Assembly: GCF_002087085.1 (NCBI RefSeq)
Contig: NZ_MWQY01000006.1
Span: 1 to 64,000, forward strand
DNA: 64,000 nt
Reading direction: 5' to 3'
A program made the translations under genes and the position numbers. Below, piece after piece: positions 20,518 to 30,644 of this stretch. The stretch's first letter is position 1. Each line of letters starts with the position of its first letter. Under the pieces are notes generated by a model. It did not search any database and was not told where the DNA came from. It was given only the letters and a program-made list of their open reading frames with translations.

Positions 20518-21578
20518 GGCGAACCGCCACCGCAGGCCTCACTCTGCCTCTGAAGCATCCCTACAGCATCGCCTACCAGAACATAAGCGAGGCAAAGGTG
20601 ATTTTTCTGCGTATCGAGACCCGGGACGGTATCAACGGTTTCGGCTGCGCCTCGCCGGAGGAGGCAATCACCGGTGAGAATTTCGACGCCGCCCGGGAGC
20701 TTCTGGAAGGAGAAATACGGGAACATCTGAAAGGCCAGGACCCCCTGCGCCGGGGAATGATCCTGGCCCGCCTTGCGGAATCTACGGCAAGGTTTCCCTC
20801 CGTGCGGGGTGCGGTGGACATGGCGCTCCTGGATATCCTGGGAAAAAAGGCGCGTCTTCCTGTCTGGCAGCTTTTCGGTGGCTTCAGGCGCAGTATCGAA
20901 ACAAGCATCACCCTGGGCATCGCCCCCCTGGATGAGACCCTCCGGATGGCACGGGAGCTTCTGAAGCAGGGCTTCCGAATACTGAAACTGAAAGGGGGGC
21001 TCTTGGTGGAGGAGGATGCGGAAAAACTCAACCGCCTCCGGGAAATCGCCGGCCCGAAGGCGGTGCTGCGTTTTGACGCCAACCAGGGCTACAGCGTCGC
21101 CGAAGCCCTGAGGCTGCTGGAGCTGGCGGCACCGGCGGAGATCGAGATCCTGGAACAGCCCACCCCGAGAAACTCCCCCACCCTGCTGGGTCACGTAACC
21201 CAGCTCCTGGCTGTTCCGGTAATGGCGGATGAGAGCATTCAGACCCTCCATGAGGCCTTTCACCTGGCCAGGGAGGAACTGGTGGATATGGTGAACATCA
21301 AGCTTACCAAGGTGGGAGGGTTTACCGCGGCCCGCAGAATAGACGCCGTCGCCCAGGCTGCCGGAATAGAATCCATGGTGGGCTGCATGGACGAGCCAGC
21401 CCTGGGAGTCGCTGCAGGGCTGCACTTCGCCCTCTCCCACGAGAATGTGCGCTATGCGGACCTGGACAGTTTCCTGGACCTGGAGGACGATCCCAGCTCC
21501 GGGGCGGTACGTTTGAAAAAGGGAATGCTCATTCCCCGCAGCGCCCCGGGCTTCGGTTCCAGTCCCGGGGTATTCTAG
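20508..21578 (+). CDS. Enolase-superfamily dipeptide epimerase / N-acyl-amino-acid racemase (L-Ala-D/L-Glu epimerase-like)
   Basis: KLK, DANQG, EQP, ADES, NIK and DLD motifs. Confidence 0.88.
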   Translation: MQIRRTATAGLTLPLKHPYSIAYQNISEAKVIFLRIETRDGINGFGCASPEEAITGENFDAARELLEGEIREHLKGQDPLRRGMILARLAESTARFPSVRGAVDMALLDILGKKARLPVWQLFGGFRRSIETSITLGIAPLDETLRMARELLKQGFRILKLKGGLLVEEDAEKLNRLREIAGPKAVLRFDANQGYSVAEALRLLELAAPAEIEILEQPTPRNSPTLLGHVTQLLAVPVMADESIQTLHEAFHLAREELVDMVNIKLTKVGGFTAARRIDAVAQAAGIESMVGCMDEPALGVAAGLHFALSHENVRYADLDSFLDLEDDPSSGAVRLKKGMLIPRSAPGFGSSPGVF

Positions 21579-21871
21579 GCATCCAGAAACTTTCCCTCAT
21601 GTTCCAGCCGCAGAAGCAGATGATCAACCTCGTTCAGAGCTTCGATGCCGTGCTGATTGAATCTGCTGCGAAGCTCCTCCAGGTCCGGCAGTTCCTCGTT
21701 TGTGTAGCGCTCGATGGCCTCCCTGGCTTTGGCAGCGTGGTGCACCTGGAGAGACTCCTTGATGTAGTTGATAATGAGCTTCTTGCTCGTGGTACGCAGC
21801 TCCTGCCGGTTTACGAGCTCGATAATTGAATAGGTAATCTGCAGTAAGCGTTCTTCCGAAGCGATATACAC
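21575..21871 (-). CDS. Hypothetical helical protein, 98 aa
   Basis: GTG start with AAGGAAGG RBS; directly downstream of mutM; protein-like composition. Confidence 0.65.
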   Translation of the reverse strand: MYIASEERLLQITYSIIELVNRQELRTTSKKLIINYIKESLQVHHAAKAREAIERYTNEELPDLEELRSRFNQHGIEALNEVDHLLLRLEHEGKFLDA

Positions 21872-21906
21872 CTTCCTTTAAGGAAAACAGCGGACCGTCT
21901 TCCCTC

Positions 21907-22761
21907 TTACAGTGTAGCATGTTCCGGCGCTTTCATCAGCAGAGGCTGGCAGACGGGGCAAAAATGGGTCGATCTCTGGGCAACGATAATACGCTCCACC
22001 GGGGCAGAGCAGCGGGGACAGGGCTTTCCGGTTCGCCGAAAGACCTGCAGGGAGGAGGCGTTTCTCCCGTAGCGGCCGGAACTGGAAAAGTTGGATTCCC
22101 CATCCCCCAGTGATGTACCCCTGTTCCGTATGCCCCGGTCGAGGACCTCCCGGATACAGCGGAGCAGATTCTCCGACGCAGGCCGGTCCAGAGTATTCGC
22201 CGGAATCAGGGGATGCAGCCCGGCGGCAAAGAGGCTTTCGTCGGCGTAGATATTTCCCAGACCGGCGATAAATCCCTGGTCCAGCAGCAGAGCCTTCAGC
22301 GCCCTTTTGCGGGATGCATGGCGGGAGAAGAACAGCTCCGTAGTCAGGTCGGGATCGAAGGGTTCCGGTCCCAGGGAGTCAAAGATCCTCTCCGGTTCCT
22401 CCGTCAGAACCATTCGACCGAACTTGCGGGTGTCATGGAACACGAGACTCCCCGTATCAAGGAAAAAAATAAGCCTGTCGTGGGGGTCCGAAGCAGCCAG
22501 CTCTTCAGAAAGAGTCAGTCCCCCGGTCATGCGAAAATGAATGACCAGGCTTAAATTTCCATCAAGGTCTATAGAGAGATATTTCCCCCGCCGGCGAATA
22601 CCGCAAACCCTGCGCCCCCGGATCAAGCTGCGGAACTCCCCGGGAGAAGGAGACTGAATGCTGCGGTCCCAGAAGATCCGCACGTCTGTAATCCGCCTGC
22701 CCGGGAGCCCCAGGGAGATCAGGTCTCGTCGAAGGGTCTCTATCTCCGGAAGTTCGGGCAT
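21907..22761 (-). CDS. mutM: Formamidopyrimidine-DNA glycosylase
   Basis: MPELPE N-terminus, RRGKY, HFRMTG, GLGNIYADE, CPRC...CPVCQ zinc finger. Confidence 0.97.
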   Translation of the reverse strand: MPELPEIETLRRDLISLGLPGRRITDVRIFWDRSIQSPSPGEFRSLIRGRRVCGIRRRGKYLSIDLDGNLSLVIHFRMTGGLTLSEELAASDPHDRLIFFLDTGSLVFHDTRKFGRMVLTEEPERIFDSLGPEPFDPDLTTELFFSRHASRKRALKALLLDQGFIAGLGNIYADESLFAAGLHPLIPANTLDRPASENLLRCIREVLDRGIRNRGTSLGDGESNFSSSGRYGRNASSLQVFRRTGKPCPRCSAPVERIIVAQRSTHFCPVCQPLLMKAPEHATL

Positions 22762-22878
22762 CTCGCTTCTTCTCCTCTTTGCAGTATCTACCGATAAAGA
22801 TATATGCGACAAGAAATAAAACAAGGAAAATTTTCCTGAAGATATGAAAAAGCGGAGAAAGGAGAATATAGTAGAACT

Positions 22879-23742
22879 ATGAACCCTGAATACAGAAGAC
22901 TGTTACCGATCCTGCTGCTCCTCCTTACAGGAGGGCTTCAGGTTTTCGCCTTCAATGTACACGACCAGATAATCTCCCCGGCCCAGAAACTTAAGGGCGC
23001 GCCCTACTCCTTCGGTGACGAGGGACCCCGGGCCTTCGACTGCTCCGGCCTGGTCTATTATCTTTACAAACCCTATATCCCCTCCATTCCAAGGACATCC
23101 CGGGATTACCGCAATTTCGGCAGTCCCGTTGACAGTGAAGAGCTGCTTCCCGGGGATCTTCTCCTGTTCGCTACAACCAATAACCGGGGGATCGTCTCCC
23201 ACGTTGCCATCTATATCGGTCAGGAGTCGGTTATCCATGCCGTCTCCAACGGACCGGAGACGGGGGTAATCATCTCCAGGATCGACTCAGGCTACTGGCG
23301 ACGGACCTTCCATTCCGCCCGCAGGGTATTCGATGAATCCCTTCAGAACACCGACAGGGAACAGACCAGCATCGAGTTTGAACGGGGCCTCTACACCGGC
23401 CCCCTGAAAAACGGGGAACCCTCGGGGACAGGTACCATGCGCCTGAAAAACGGCGATACCTATCAGGGAGAGTTCCGGGACGGGCTCTTCCACGGCCAGG
23501 GCACCTACACCTGGAGCAGTGGAAAAAGCTACACCGGCCGGTTCGAGAAGGGCGAAATCCTGGAGACCAGTAAACAGGGAGGGGAATCCGAAACCTATAT
23601 GGAAAAGAAGGACTCCCCCTGGGAGACCTGGGATGGAGAGGTCTACGGAGACTTCAAGGAGTGGCGCGAACAGGAAGAGTCGGCTTTTGAAGCCTTCAAA
23701 GCCAGGGACAAAGCAGGAACTGCAGGAAATATGCCCAGATAG
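22879..23742 (+). CDS. Secreted NlpC/P60 peptidase with MORN repeats
   Basis: Signal peptide; FDCSGL, PGDLLLF, HVAIY, IHA; YTG/YQG/YTG MORN repeats. Confidence 0.88.
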   Translation: MNPEYRRLLPILLLLLTGGLQVFAFNVHDQIISPAQKLKGAPYSFGDEGPRAFDCSGLVYYLYKPYIPSIPRTSRDYRNFGSPVDSEELLPGDLLLFATTNNRGIVSHVAIYIGQESVIHAVSNGPETGVIISRIDSGYWRRTFHSARRVFDESLQNTDREQTSIEFERGLYTGPLKNGEPSGTGTMRLKNGDTYQGEFRDGLFHGQGTYTWSSGKSYTGRFEKGEILETSKQGGESETYMEKKDSPWETWDGEVYGDFKEWREQEESAFEAFKARDKAGTAGNMPR

Positions 23743-23835
23743 CGGTGCCAGCTGATGGCATGGGTCCGGGTCTTTTCTCTGGTGGGTATGCTGTTTAAAA
23801 ACAAGGGATGGCAGAAACTGGAACGCAAGGGCTTT

Positions 23836-23884
23836 GAAAGAAAAAGCTGAACCGGAAATCCCTCAAAGGGCCCTCCGGTTCAGC
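23836..23884 (-). terminator. Intrinsic terminator after the MCP gene
   Basis: GCTGAACCGGA...TCCGGTTCAGC stem (23846-23884), followed by a T-rich tract on the minus strand. Confidence 0.6.
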
Positions 23885-23912
23885 GCCGTATTCCATCAGA
23901 CAGAACTACTCT

Positions 23913-26201
23913 TTACTTTCCTTCGTCCTTATCTTCTTTCTCGTCTTCCGGGGTCATCTCTTCCAGGTACCCCTCGTCGTCGTCCTCTGTCGCCGAATCA
24001 TCTTCAGTCCGGCTTTCGTCTGTTTCTTCCGTATCTTCCGCCGGTCCCCCGGCATCGGCCATTTCCGCCTCCCTGGCGGCTTCGACTTCATCGTCCGTCA
24101 GGAAAAACTTGGTTGTTTCATCCTTGACCAGCCGGATACTTTCGGTGTTTTCATCTGAAAGCTCAACGATATTGGAGACTGCCCGGTTGATCTCACCGGT
24201 TCCACGGGAGATTTCGTCGATGGCATTTTTCACCTCTTCGCTGATGGCGTTCAGGCTCGTTATAACCTCGAGAATCTGGGCATTACCCTGGTTCATCTCT
24301 TCTGATCCGGAACGGACGGTTTCCGTTATCTGGGTCATTCCGGCCAGGATTCCCAGCAGCTGCTCACCACCGGTGGACTGCTCCTCCATGGCGGAACGGA
24401 TTTCTTCGAAGACCCGCTGTACCCCGTCAATGGATCCGGTAATCCGGCCAAAGGCTTCGTTGGTATCCCCGGAAATGCTGACAATCTGTCCCACCGCCTG
24501 GGTGACGTCCTTGAGTCTTCCTTTGACAATTTTTGCCTGGGCGGAGGCATTTTCCGCCAGGTTTCGAATTTCGTCCGCAACTACCGAGAATCCCGCCCCC
24601 GCCTCTCCGGCGTGGGCTGCTTCGATGGCAGCGTTCATGGCGAGCAGGTTTGTCTGAGAGGCGATATTGGCGATAACAGTATTTGCCTCGCCCAGGGCAT
24701 CGGACATTCCGGCAATCTCCCGAATAAGTCCAACCATTTTATCCAGCTGGTCCTTGCCGTTTTTGGAGACATCCTCCAGGGCCTTTACCTCTTCCGAAGC
24801 CTTGGCTGTGGTTGTACTGATCACCCGCACGCTCTGGACCATCTCCTCCACCGCGGTGGAAGACTGGGTAACGCTCTCTGCCTGCCGCTCGATGGAGTTC
24901 CCCAGGGACTCGACATTCTTGGTCATCTGCTCAACCGTCGCGGAAGTCTGGGTAATACTGACCGACTGGTTCGCAATCTGGGCCCGGGTGCTCTCGATAT
25001 TGGCGTTTATCTGATTGATGGCCGCTGCGGTCTCCTGAACATTCGTCGAAAGATCGTGGCCGCCCCTTTCAAGAACATCCATCTTTTCACGGACCTGGGT
25101 TACCAGGCTGCGAAGGGCCATCATCAGACGGTTGAACCTGCGGCTTATATCCGTGAACTCGTCATTACCCTTCTCCGGAGCCTGGACGGTCAGGTTTCCT
25201 GTGGCTGCGATCTGCAGAAGCCCGGCGAGACCGTGGATTCGTTTTATCAGGAAGCTCCGGATAAAGAGGATCAGAAGGGCAATCATAATCGTAACGGCAA
25301 CTACAGCACTGATCATCAGCATCCTGATAACCCGCACCGCCGGAGCGGACATCTCCTTCTGGCTCATGCTGACGGCGGATATCCAGGGGATCGAGCCGGT
25401 GGCGGGAGAGAAAACAAGGAGTCTGTCCTCACCGTTAAAGGTATAGCGGGCGACCCGTCGGTTGGCGAAATTGGCAGCGGATTTCTCCTGGATCATTAAA
25501 AAGAACTCTTCATTCGAAACGTCCGTTCCAATTATTTCGTTATTTGGATGGGAGACCATTATTCCATCGGTGGTCACGAGAAAGGGATATCCCGTTTCAC
25601 CGAACTGCATCGGCGATATATAGATGGAGCTGAAGGTCGCCAGATTCAGAACAGCGATCAACGTACCCTGTTCATCCCTCTCGTTAAAAACCCGCACCGC
25701 GTAGTAGATAACCGGCTTGCCGGAGAAGGGTGACTCGGAGGGAATAAAATCCACAGGATATGCAGCCCCTCCTTCAATCTCATTCCAGATACGGGTACCC
25801 CGCATGGATTTTCCGATCTGCGAATCATCCGCAGCAGCCAGGACGGTTCCATTTGTATCGACCATCAGAGCGGCGTCCAGTATCTGCAGGTTCGAATTCA
25901 GAATACGCAGCAGGCCCTGGGCTTCGTTGAAATTCCCGGTAACAAATGCCTCCGCATATTTGGTGTTAAGAAGATGTGCCTTCAGTATTCGCTCAACAAG
26001 GCGAGTCTGAAATTCAACCAGATGCCGAATGGCCTTTACCTCGCTCTCAAAACCCTGGATCTGTACATCGTCGATATCGGTACTCAGTCGACCGCCGATG
26101 GTTATCAGCATACCGGCAAATACTACGACAAGAAGGATTACAGTTATAAGAGAAACCCAGGCAGAAATGCCGAATCGGGATGTTACGTTTCGTCGTCGCA
26201 T
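23913..26201 (-). CDS. Methyl-accepting chemotaxis protein (dCache, HAMP, long MA) with acidic tail
   Basis: [34 protein letters not shown]; start 26201 has a GGAGGA RBS. Confidence 0.93.
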   Translation of the reverse strand: MRRRNVTSRFGISAWVSLITVILLVVVFAGMLITIGGRLSTDIDDVQIQGFESEVKAIRHLVEFQTRLVERILKAHLLNTKYAEAFVTGNFNEAQGLLRILNSNLQILDAALMVDTNGTVLAAADDSQIGKSMRGTRIWNEIEGGAAYPVDFIPSESPFSGKPVIYYAVRVFNERDEQGTLIAVLNLATFSSIYISPMQFGETGYPFLVTTDGIMVSHPNNEIIGTDVSNEEFFLMIQEKSAANFANRRVARYTFNGEDRLLVFSPATGSIPWISAVSMSQKEMSAPAVRVIRMLMISAVVAVTIMIALLILFIRSFLIKRIHGLAGLLQIAATGNLTVQAPEKGNDEFTDISRRFNRLMMALRSLVTQVREKMDVLERGGHDLSTNVQETAAAINQINANIESTRAQIANQSVSITQTSATVEQMTKNVESLGNSIERQAESVTQSSTAVEEMVQSVRVISTTTAKASEEVKALEDVSKNGKDQLDKMVGLIREIAGMSDALGEANTVIANIASQTNLLAMNAAIEAAHAGEAGAGFSVVADEIRNLAENASAQAKIVKGRLKDVTQAVGQIVSISGDTNEAFGRITGSIDGVQRVFEEIRSAMEEQSTGGEQLLGILAGMTQITETVRSGSEEMNQGNAQILEVITSLNAISEEVKNAIDEISRGTGEINRAVSNIVELSDENTESIRLVKDETTKFFLTDDEVEAAREAEMADAGGPAEDTEETDESRTEDDSATEDDDEGYLEEMTPEDEKEDKDEGK

Positions 26202-26284
26202 CAAATTCCTCCAAAATAGGGATACTAGCAAATATTCTAAATCGAAAAGCCAGAACAGGCAACGAATAAAATGCAGGTATCAGT

Positions 26285-27928
26285 TTACGCCAATTCCAGT
26301 TCCTCCACAACCCTCAAAATCTCCGGTAGGACCTGCTTTTTTCTGCTCAAGATCCCCGGCAGGTAAAACTCGTTGTCCTGAGTCTTTTTATAGATCAGCT
26401 TTTTCTCTCCCGCTTCAAACCCGCTGGACAGAAGGATGCTCTCTCCCTTCATTACATCGGAAATAAGCAGAAGAACCCAGTCCAGGCTTTTTTTCATCCT
26501 AACCGTGCCGATAACCGCCAGTAATTCATCCTTAACCTCCGGAACATCCTCCAGGGTAACGACCTCCGCCTGGCCTATGCCAAAGTGCACTCCCCCTTCA
26601 AAATACTCTTTGAAGTCCGACTCCACAACATCCCTGGCCTGCCGGTTTTTAATGGATGCCGAATGGCTGAAGAGGTCCTGCCCCCAGCTCTTCCAGTCCA
26701 CTTCCGCCAGCTTTCCGAGCTCTTCCACTGCCCGGCGCTCGGCCTCCGTGGTTGTAGGAGACTTCAGCATGACCGTATCCGCGAGGATTCCCCCCAAAAG
26801 CAGGGTCGCGGTAGTCCTGTCGATTTCCACACCGTGAAAAAGGTACTCGTGAAACACAATGGTGCAGGTGCTGCCCACGGGTTCAATCTTCATGGAAATC
26901 GGTTCCCTGGTTCTCTCAAAGCCCAGGCGGTGATGATCCACAACCTCCAGGATTCTGGCCTCCTCCGCACCGGGAACACTCTGGGAAATCTCGTTGTGGT
27001 CCACCAGGATTATACTCCGCCGGGGTTTACCGATAAAACAGCGCCGGGTTACGATACCGGAGAACTGCTTTCCCTCGAAAACCGGAAGACCCCGGTAATC
27101 GGAGTTTACCAGCCGGGCCTTGGCGGTTTCGTAGTTCTCGTCACTCTGCACGGAAACCGGATCGGAATTGATTATATCCTTTAGTGGTGCGGAAAGCCTT
27201 AAAAGGCGTACGGTCTCCGCAGTATCGATGTGAGATACAAATACCGAGCCCCTGTAGGAAGAAAAATCCACCGAAACGGGTTTGTCCTCGTCAAGTCCGG
27301 TAAGCACAATGGCGGGAAAATCATTCTCCACCGCGTAGTTGATAAGCTCGTTCCTGAGCCCCACGATGAGGATCGGCTTGACGTCTCCCAGTTCCCGGAT
27401 ACGCTGCACACTGATTTCGTAGGGCATGGCCCCGATCATGATGGGAGCGGAGATTTCGCGCTCCTCTCCAATGCGGTAAAAATAACCCGGAAGGACCCGT
27501 TTAAAGTTGTCCGTCAAAAAACGGTATACCGGCCTGGTGTGCAGGTTGTCGCTGATCAGGAACCCGGATATCTCGTGGAGACTGACAATACCCTTGAACT
27601 CATGCATGTTCTGAAACACTGGAATCATGCTCAAGGTCCGTTCATCCAGCTCCTTGATGGCCGTGTATACCGGGTCCATAACATCCAGGGTTATAACATC
27701 CCGCTTTGCAACGTCAGCGACCTTGGGGTAGACATCCTTAACCAGTAGAGGCGGCTCGATCCCGAGTTTTTCAAAAACATAGCGAGTCTGGGCATTCATG
27801 GCCCCGCAGCGGACCGGAAGATAGCTGTGATCAGGATCGATTCGGTTCTTCAGGGCGGCATAACACCAGGCGGAGCAGACGGAATCCATATCGGGGTTCC
27901 GATGTCCTGTTACATAGACTGTTTCCAT
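26285..27928 (-). CDS. ppaC: Family II Mn-dependent inorganic pyrophosphatase with CBS/DRTGG insert
   Basis: GHRNPDMDS, LVDHNE, VVDHH, VGST, SRKKQ; central CBS-like insert. Confidence 0.9.
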   Translation of the reverse strand: METVYVTGHRNPDMDSVCSAWCYAALKNRIDPDHSYLPVRCGAMNAQTRYVFEKLGIEPPLLVKDVYPKVADVAKRDVITLDVMDPVYTAIKELDERTLSMIPVFQNMHEFKGIVSLHEISGFLISDNLHTRPVYRFLTDNFKRVLPGYFYRIGEEREISAPIMIGAMPYEISVQRIRELGDVKPILIVGLRNELINYAVENDFPAIVLTGLDEDKPVSVDFSSYRGSVFVSHIDTAETVRLLRLSAPLKDIINSDPVSVQSDENYETAKARLVNSDYRGLPVFEGKQFSGIVTRRCFIGKPRRSIILVDHNEISQSVPGAEEARILEVVDHHRLGFERTREPISMKIEPVGSTCTIVFHEYLFHGVEIDRTTATLLLGGILADTVMLKSPTTTEAERRAVEELGKLAEVDWKSWGQDLFSHSASIKNRQARDVVESDFKEYFEGGVHFGIGQAEVVTLEDVPEVKDELLAVIGTVRMKKSLDWVLLLISDVMKGESILLSSGFEAGEKKLIYKKTQDNEFYLPGILSRKKQVLPEILRVVEELELA

Positions 27929-28018
27929 GGAGCTACTATAGACGGAGAGCGGGGAAGACGACAAGCAGAATTAACGGAGGATCTGGCTCAGGACAAGTGA
28001 GGCTATCGGGCTATCGGG

Positions 28019-28657
28019 TTAGTAGTACTTGAGCGAAATGTCCCGGGAGTTCTGTATATGCCCCAGGACGGCAGCTTCGATTTCCTTTTCCTTCCCCGTC
28101 AGCAGAGCGTCAATTATTGCGGTGTGTTCCTCTACTGAATGATCGTAGTTTTCGTTTGCGGGATTGGAGGTTTTCATACGGATACGATGATTATGGTCAT
28201 GCACAATGGAAAGAAGATTAGCTACGAAACGGTTTCCACAGGATTCGATAATCCTGGTATGCAGCTCCCTGTCATGCTTTATGTAATATTGTCGTAAATT
28301 ATCCCCGGATATATCGGCAGGCGGCTCTTTAAAGGCCCTCCGCTTTTCCTTTAGCCATTCGCGGGAAATGATCGAACCCGCCAGAACAGTACAAAACGGT
28401 TCATTCAGCTGCCGTGCCAGGAATATATCATAAATCAGATCGCGGGTTACCTCTGTAACGATGGTCCCTTTGCGGGGATAAATATAGACAAATCCCTCCT
28501 TATGAAGACGCTGGAGGGCTTCACGGATCGGGGTTCTGCTGATGCGTAACTCCCGCTGCAGGCCTTCCTCGACGATATCCTGCAGAGGGGAGAGCTCGCC
28601 TTCGCAAATTTTTCTTTTTATTTCATTATAGGCATATTCCGTCTTTCCAATGTTCAT
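28019..28657 (-). CDS. GntR-family regulator (FCD domain)
   Basis: ISRTPIREAL, PRKG, EHTAIIDAL. The ORF extends to 28705. Confidence 0.9.
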   Translation of the reverse strand: MNIGKTEYAYNEIKRKICEGELSPLQDIVEEGLQRELRISRTPIREALQRLHKEGFVYIYPRKGTIVTEVTRDLIYDIFLARQLNEPFCTVLAGSIISREWLKEKRRAFKEPPADISGDNLRQYYIKHDRELHTRIIESCGNRFVANLLSIVHDHNHRIRMKTSNPANENYDHSVEEHTAIIDALLTGKEKEIEAAVLGHIQNSRDISLKYY

Positions 28658-28745
28658 GAGCACCGGACCTTTATAGATTATCATTGCTATAAAGTTCCCG
28701 CGCATTGGTACCCTGTATCAATACGCGGGAGATTATTATCAAGCA

Positions 28746-30017
28746 CTATTTTATAAGGAGATTAGGCAGAAACATCACCATTTCGGGCCAGTAGGCCACG
28801 CACAGGAGAACGATTACCAGTGGAACAAGAAACGGCAGCGTCGCCTTCATTGTCTTCTCGAAGGATATTCGGGCGATATTCGATGTAATATACAGCACAA
28901 CCCCTACGGGGGGCGTTATCAGGCCTATCATCAGAGTCAGCACCATAAGAACACCAAAGTGAACCGGGTCAAGACCGAGCTGCAAAATCGGCGGCACAAG
29001 TATTGGTGTAAGCAGAATGAGCGAGGCGGTCGTTTCCAGGAAGCAGCCGATAATGAGCAGGAATACGATTATTATGAAAATAATCACCGCCGGTGTCTGG
29101 GAGATGGTAAAAAGAAATGTACCGACGCTCTGAGGTACCTGCTCCCTGCCAAGGAGAAAACCGTAAATGGAGGCCGCGGATATTATGTAGATCACCATGC
29201 TGGTGGTTTTTACCGTTTCCATAATGATATGATACAGATCGGAAAATTTAATCTCCTTATAGACGAACATTCCCAGAATCAGGGCATAGGTGGAGGCTAC
29301 AATCGCTGCTTCCGTCGGGCTGAACACACCTCCCAGAATTCCGCCGAGAATGATTCCCGGGGTAATCAGGGGAAGAAAGCCTTCCGCAAATGCGTTTCCC
29401 GCCTCCCGAATATCGAACCTGGAATGGACCGGATATTTTCGCATTTCTGCAATGATGAAAATCAGGATCATCAGCGCGAGACCCATTAATAATCCGGGAA
29501 GCGCCCCGGCAAGAAAAAGTTTCCCCACCGAAACATTCGCTATGGAGGCATAAATTACCATCGGAATACTCGGCGGAATAATCGGCCCTATAGTCGATGA
29601 GGCCGCTGTTACCCCAGCAGCAAAATCTATATCGAAACCCTCGTCTTTCATGGCTTTGATTTCGATAGTCCCCAGTCCTCCGGCATCCGCAATGGCGGCC
29701 CCGGACATACCGGCGAAAATCATACTGGCAACAACGTTTGCATGACCCAGCCCGCCGGGAATCCAGCCCACAAGGGACGAAGCAAAGCGAAACAGCCGTT
29801 GGGTAACACCGCCGTTATTCATCAGATTGCCGGCAAGTATAAAAAACGGTACCGCCAAAAGAGCATAGGAATCGATTCCTGATACCATCTTCTGTGCCAT
29901 AGTGATGACGGGAATGTCGAAGGCAAGCAGATAAAAAAACGAAATAAGCGCAAGAGAAAATACTATGGGAAAACCAATTACGATAAGAAGCAAAAAGCCA
30001 CCAATAAGAAACAGCAC
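28746..30017 (-). CDS. dctM: TRAP transporter large permease
   Basis: LLAVPFFILAG, IIPPSI, DPVHFG, ITPPVG. Confidence 0.95.
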   Translation of the reverse strand: MLFLIGGFLLLIVIGFPIVFSLALISFFYLLAFDIPVITMAQKMVSGIDSYALLAVPFFILAGNLMNNGGVTQRLFRFASSLVGWIPGGLGHANVVASMIFAGMSGAAIADAGGLGTIEIKAMKDEGFDIDFAAGVTAASSTIGPIIPPSIPMVIYASIANVSVGKLFLAGALPGLLMGLALMILIFIIAEMRKYPVHSRFDIREAGNAFAEGFLPLITPGIILGGILGGVFSPTEAAIVASTYALILGMFVYKEIKFSDLYHIIMETVKTTSMVIYIISAASIYGFLLGREQVPQSVGTFLFTISQTPAVIIFIIIVFLLIIGCFLETTASLILLTPILVPPILQLGLDPVHFGVLMVLTLMIGLITPPVGVVLYITSNIARISFEKTMKATLPFLVPLVIVLLCVAYWPEMVMFLPNLLIK

Positions 30018-30020
30018 GTT

Positions 30021-30503
30021 TTACCCCCTCTCCGGATTCAGCATCTCGCCAATCTTTTCTTTAATCAAATGCAGGGTGGATATTATCATCAAGGCCGATC
30101 CGATGGGCAGAGAGATGTAAACAAGAGCCCATGATAAAGCGAGTGCGGCGGTCTGAACCGTCCGCATTGTGTAAGAAAGCCGGATCCCCTGGAAAATCAG
30201 GACACACAGAATAACTACAATAAGAAGCTCCCGTAAAATGTATATGACATCCTGAACACGAGGGGGCAAAAGATTGATAAAATAGGTAACGCTGGTATGT
30301 TCATCGTGCCGGTTTACTACAGCCGCCCCGAGCATGGATGCCCAGATAAAGCAGTATCGTGCCAATTCCTCAGAAAAATATATCGGATTTCTGAGTACAT
30401 ACCGGCCGATTATATGAAAAAAAGTTATCAGAAACGCGACACTCATCAGGCTTATGCAGAAGACATCCGTCACTCTATCGATGTAGCCGGTAATCTTTTT
30501 CAT
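30021..30503 (-). CDS. dctQ: TRAP transporter small permease
   Basis: RYV...SEELARY...W...LGA...H; 4 TM segments. Confidence 0.93.
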   Translation of the reverse strand: MKKITGYIDRVTDVFCISLMSVAFLITFFHIIGRYVLRNPIYFSEELARYCFIWASMLGAAVVNRHDEHTSVTYFINLLPPRVQDVIYILRELLIVVILCVLIFQGIRLSYTMRTVQTAALALSWALVYISLPIGSALMIISTLHLIKEKIGEMLNPERG

Positions 30504-30593
30504 ATCCGAATCCTTTATGTGTATTTAAACAGCAGGGCAGCTCGTAAAACTACTCCTTACCAGGTTTTTACAGGTGCCCTGTAACTATAAAAT

Positions 30594-30622
30594 AACGCGA
30601 TAAGATACACTCTTATCGCGTT
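30594..30622 (-). terminator. Stem-loop between dctP and dctQ (terminator or mRNA stabiliser)
   Basis: Perfect 12-bp stem AACGCGATAAGA-N5-TCTTATCGCGTT, followed by ATTTT on the minus strand. Confidence 0.6.
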
Positions 30623-30644
30623 GCAGTGCAGTTTATGAAAAAGA

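Noticed and set aside
28001..28018. Short tandem GGCTATCG duplication
   Set aside because: Two copies of 8 nt is compatible with chance.
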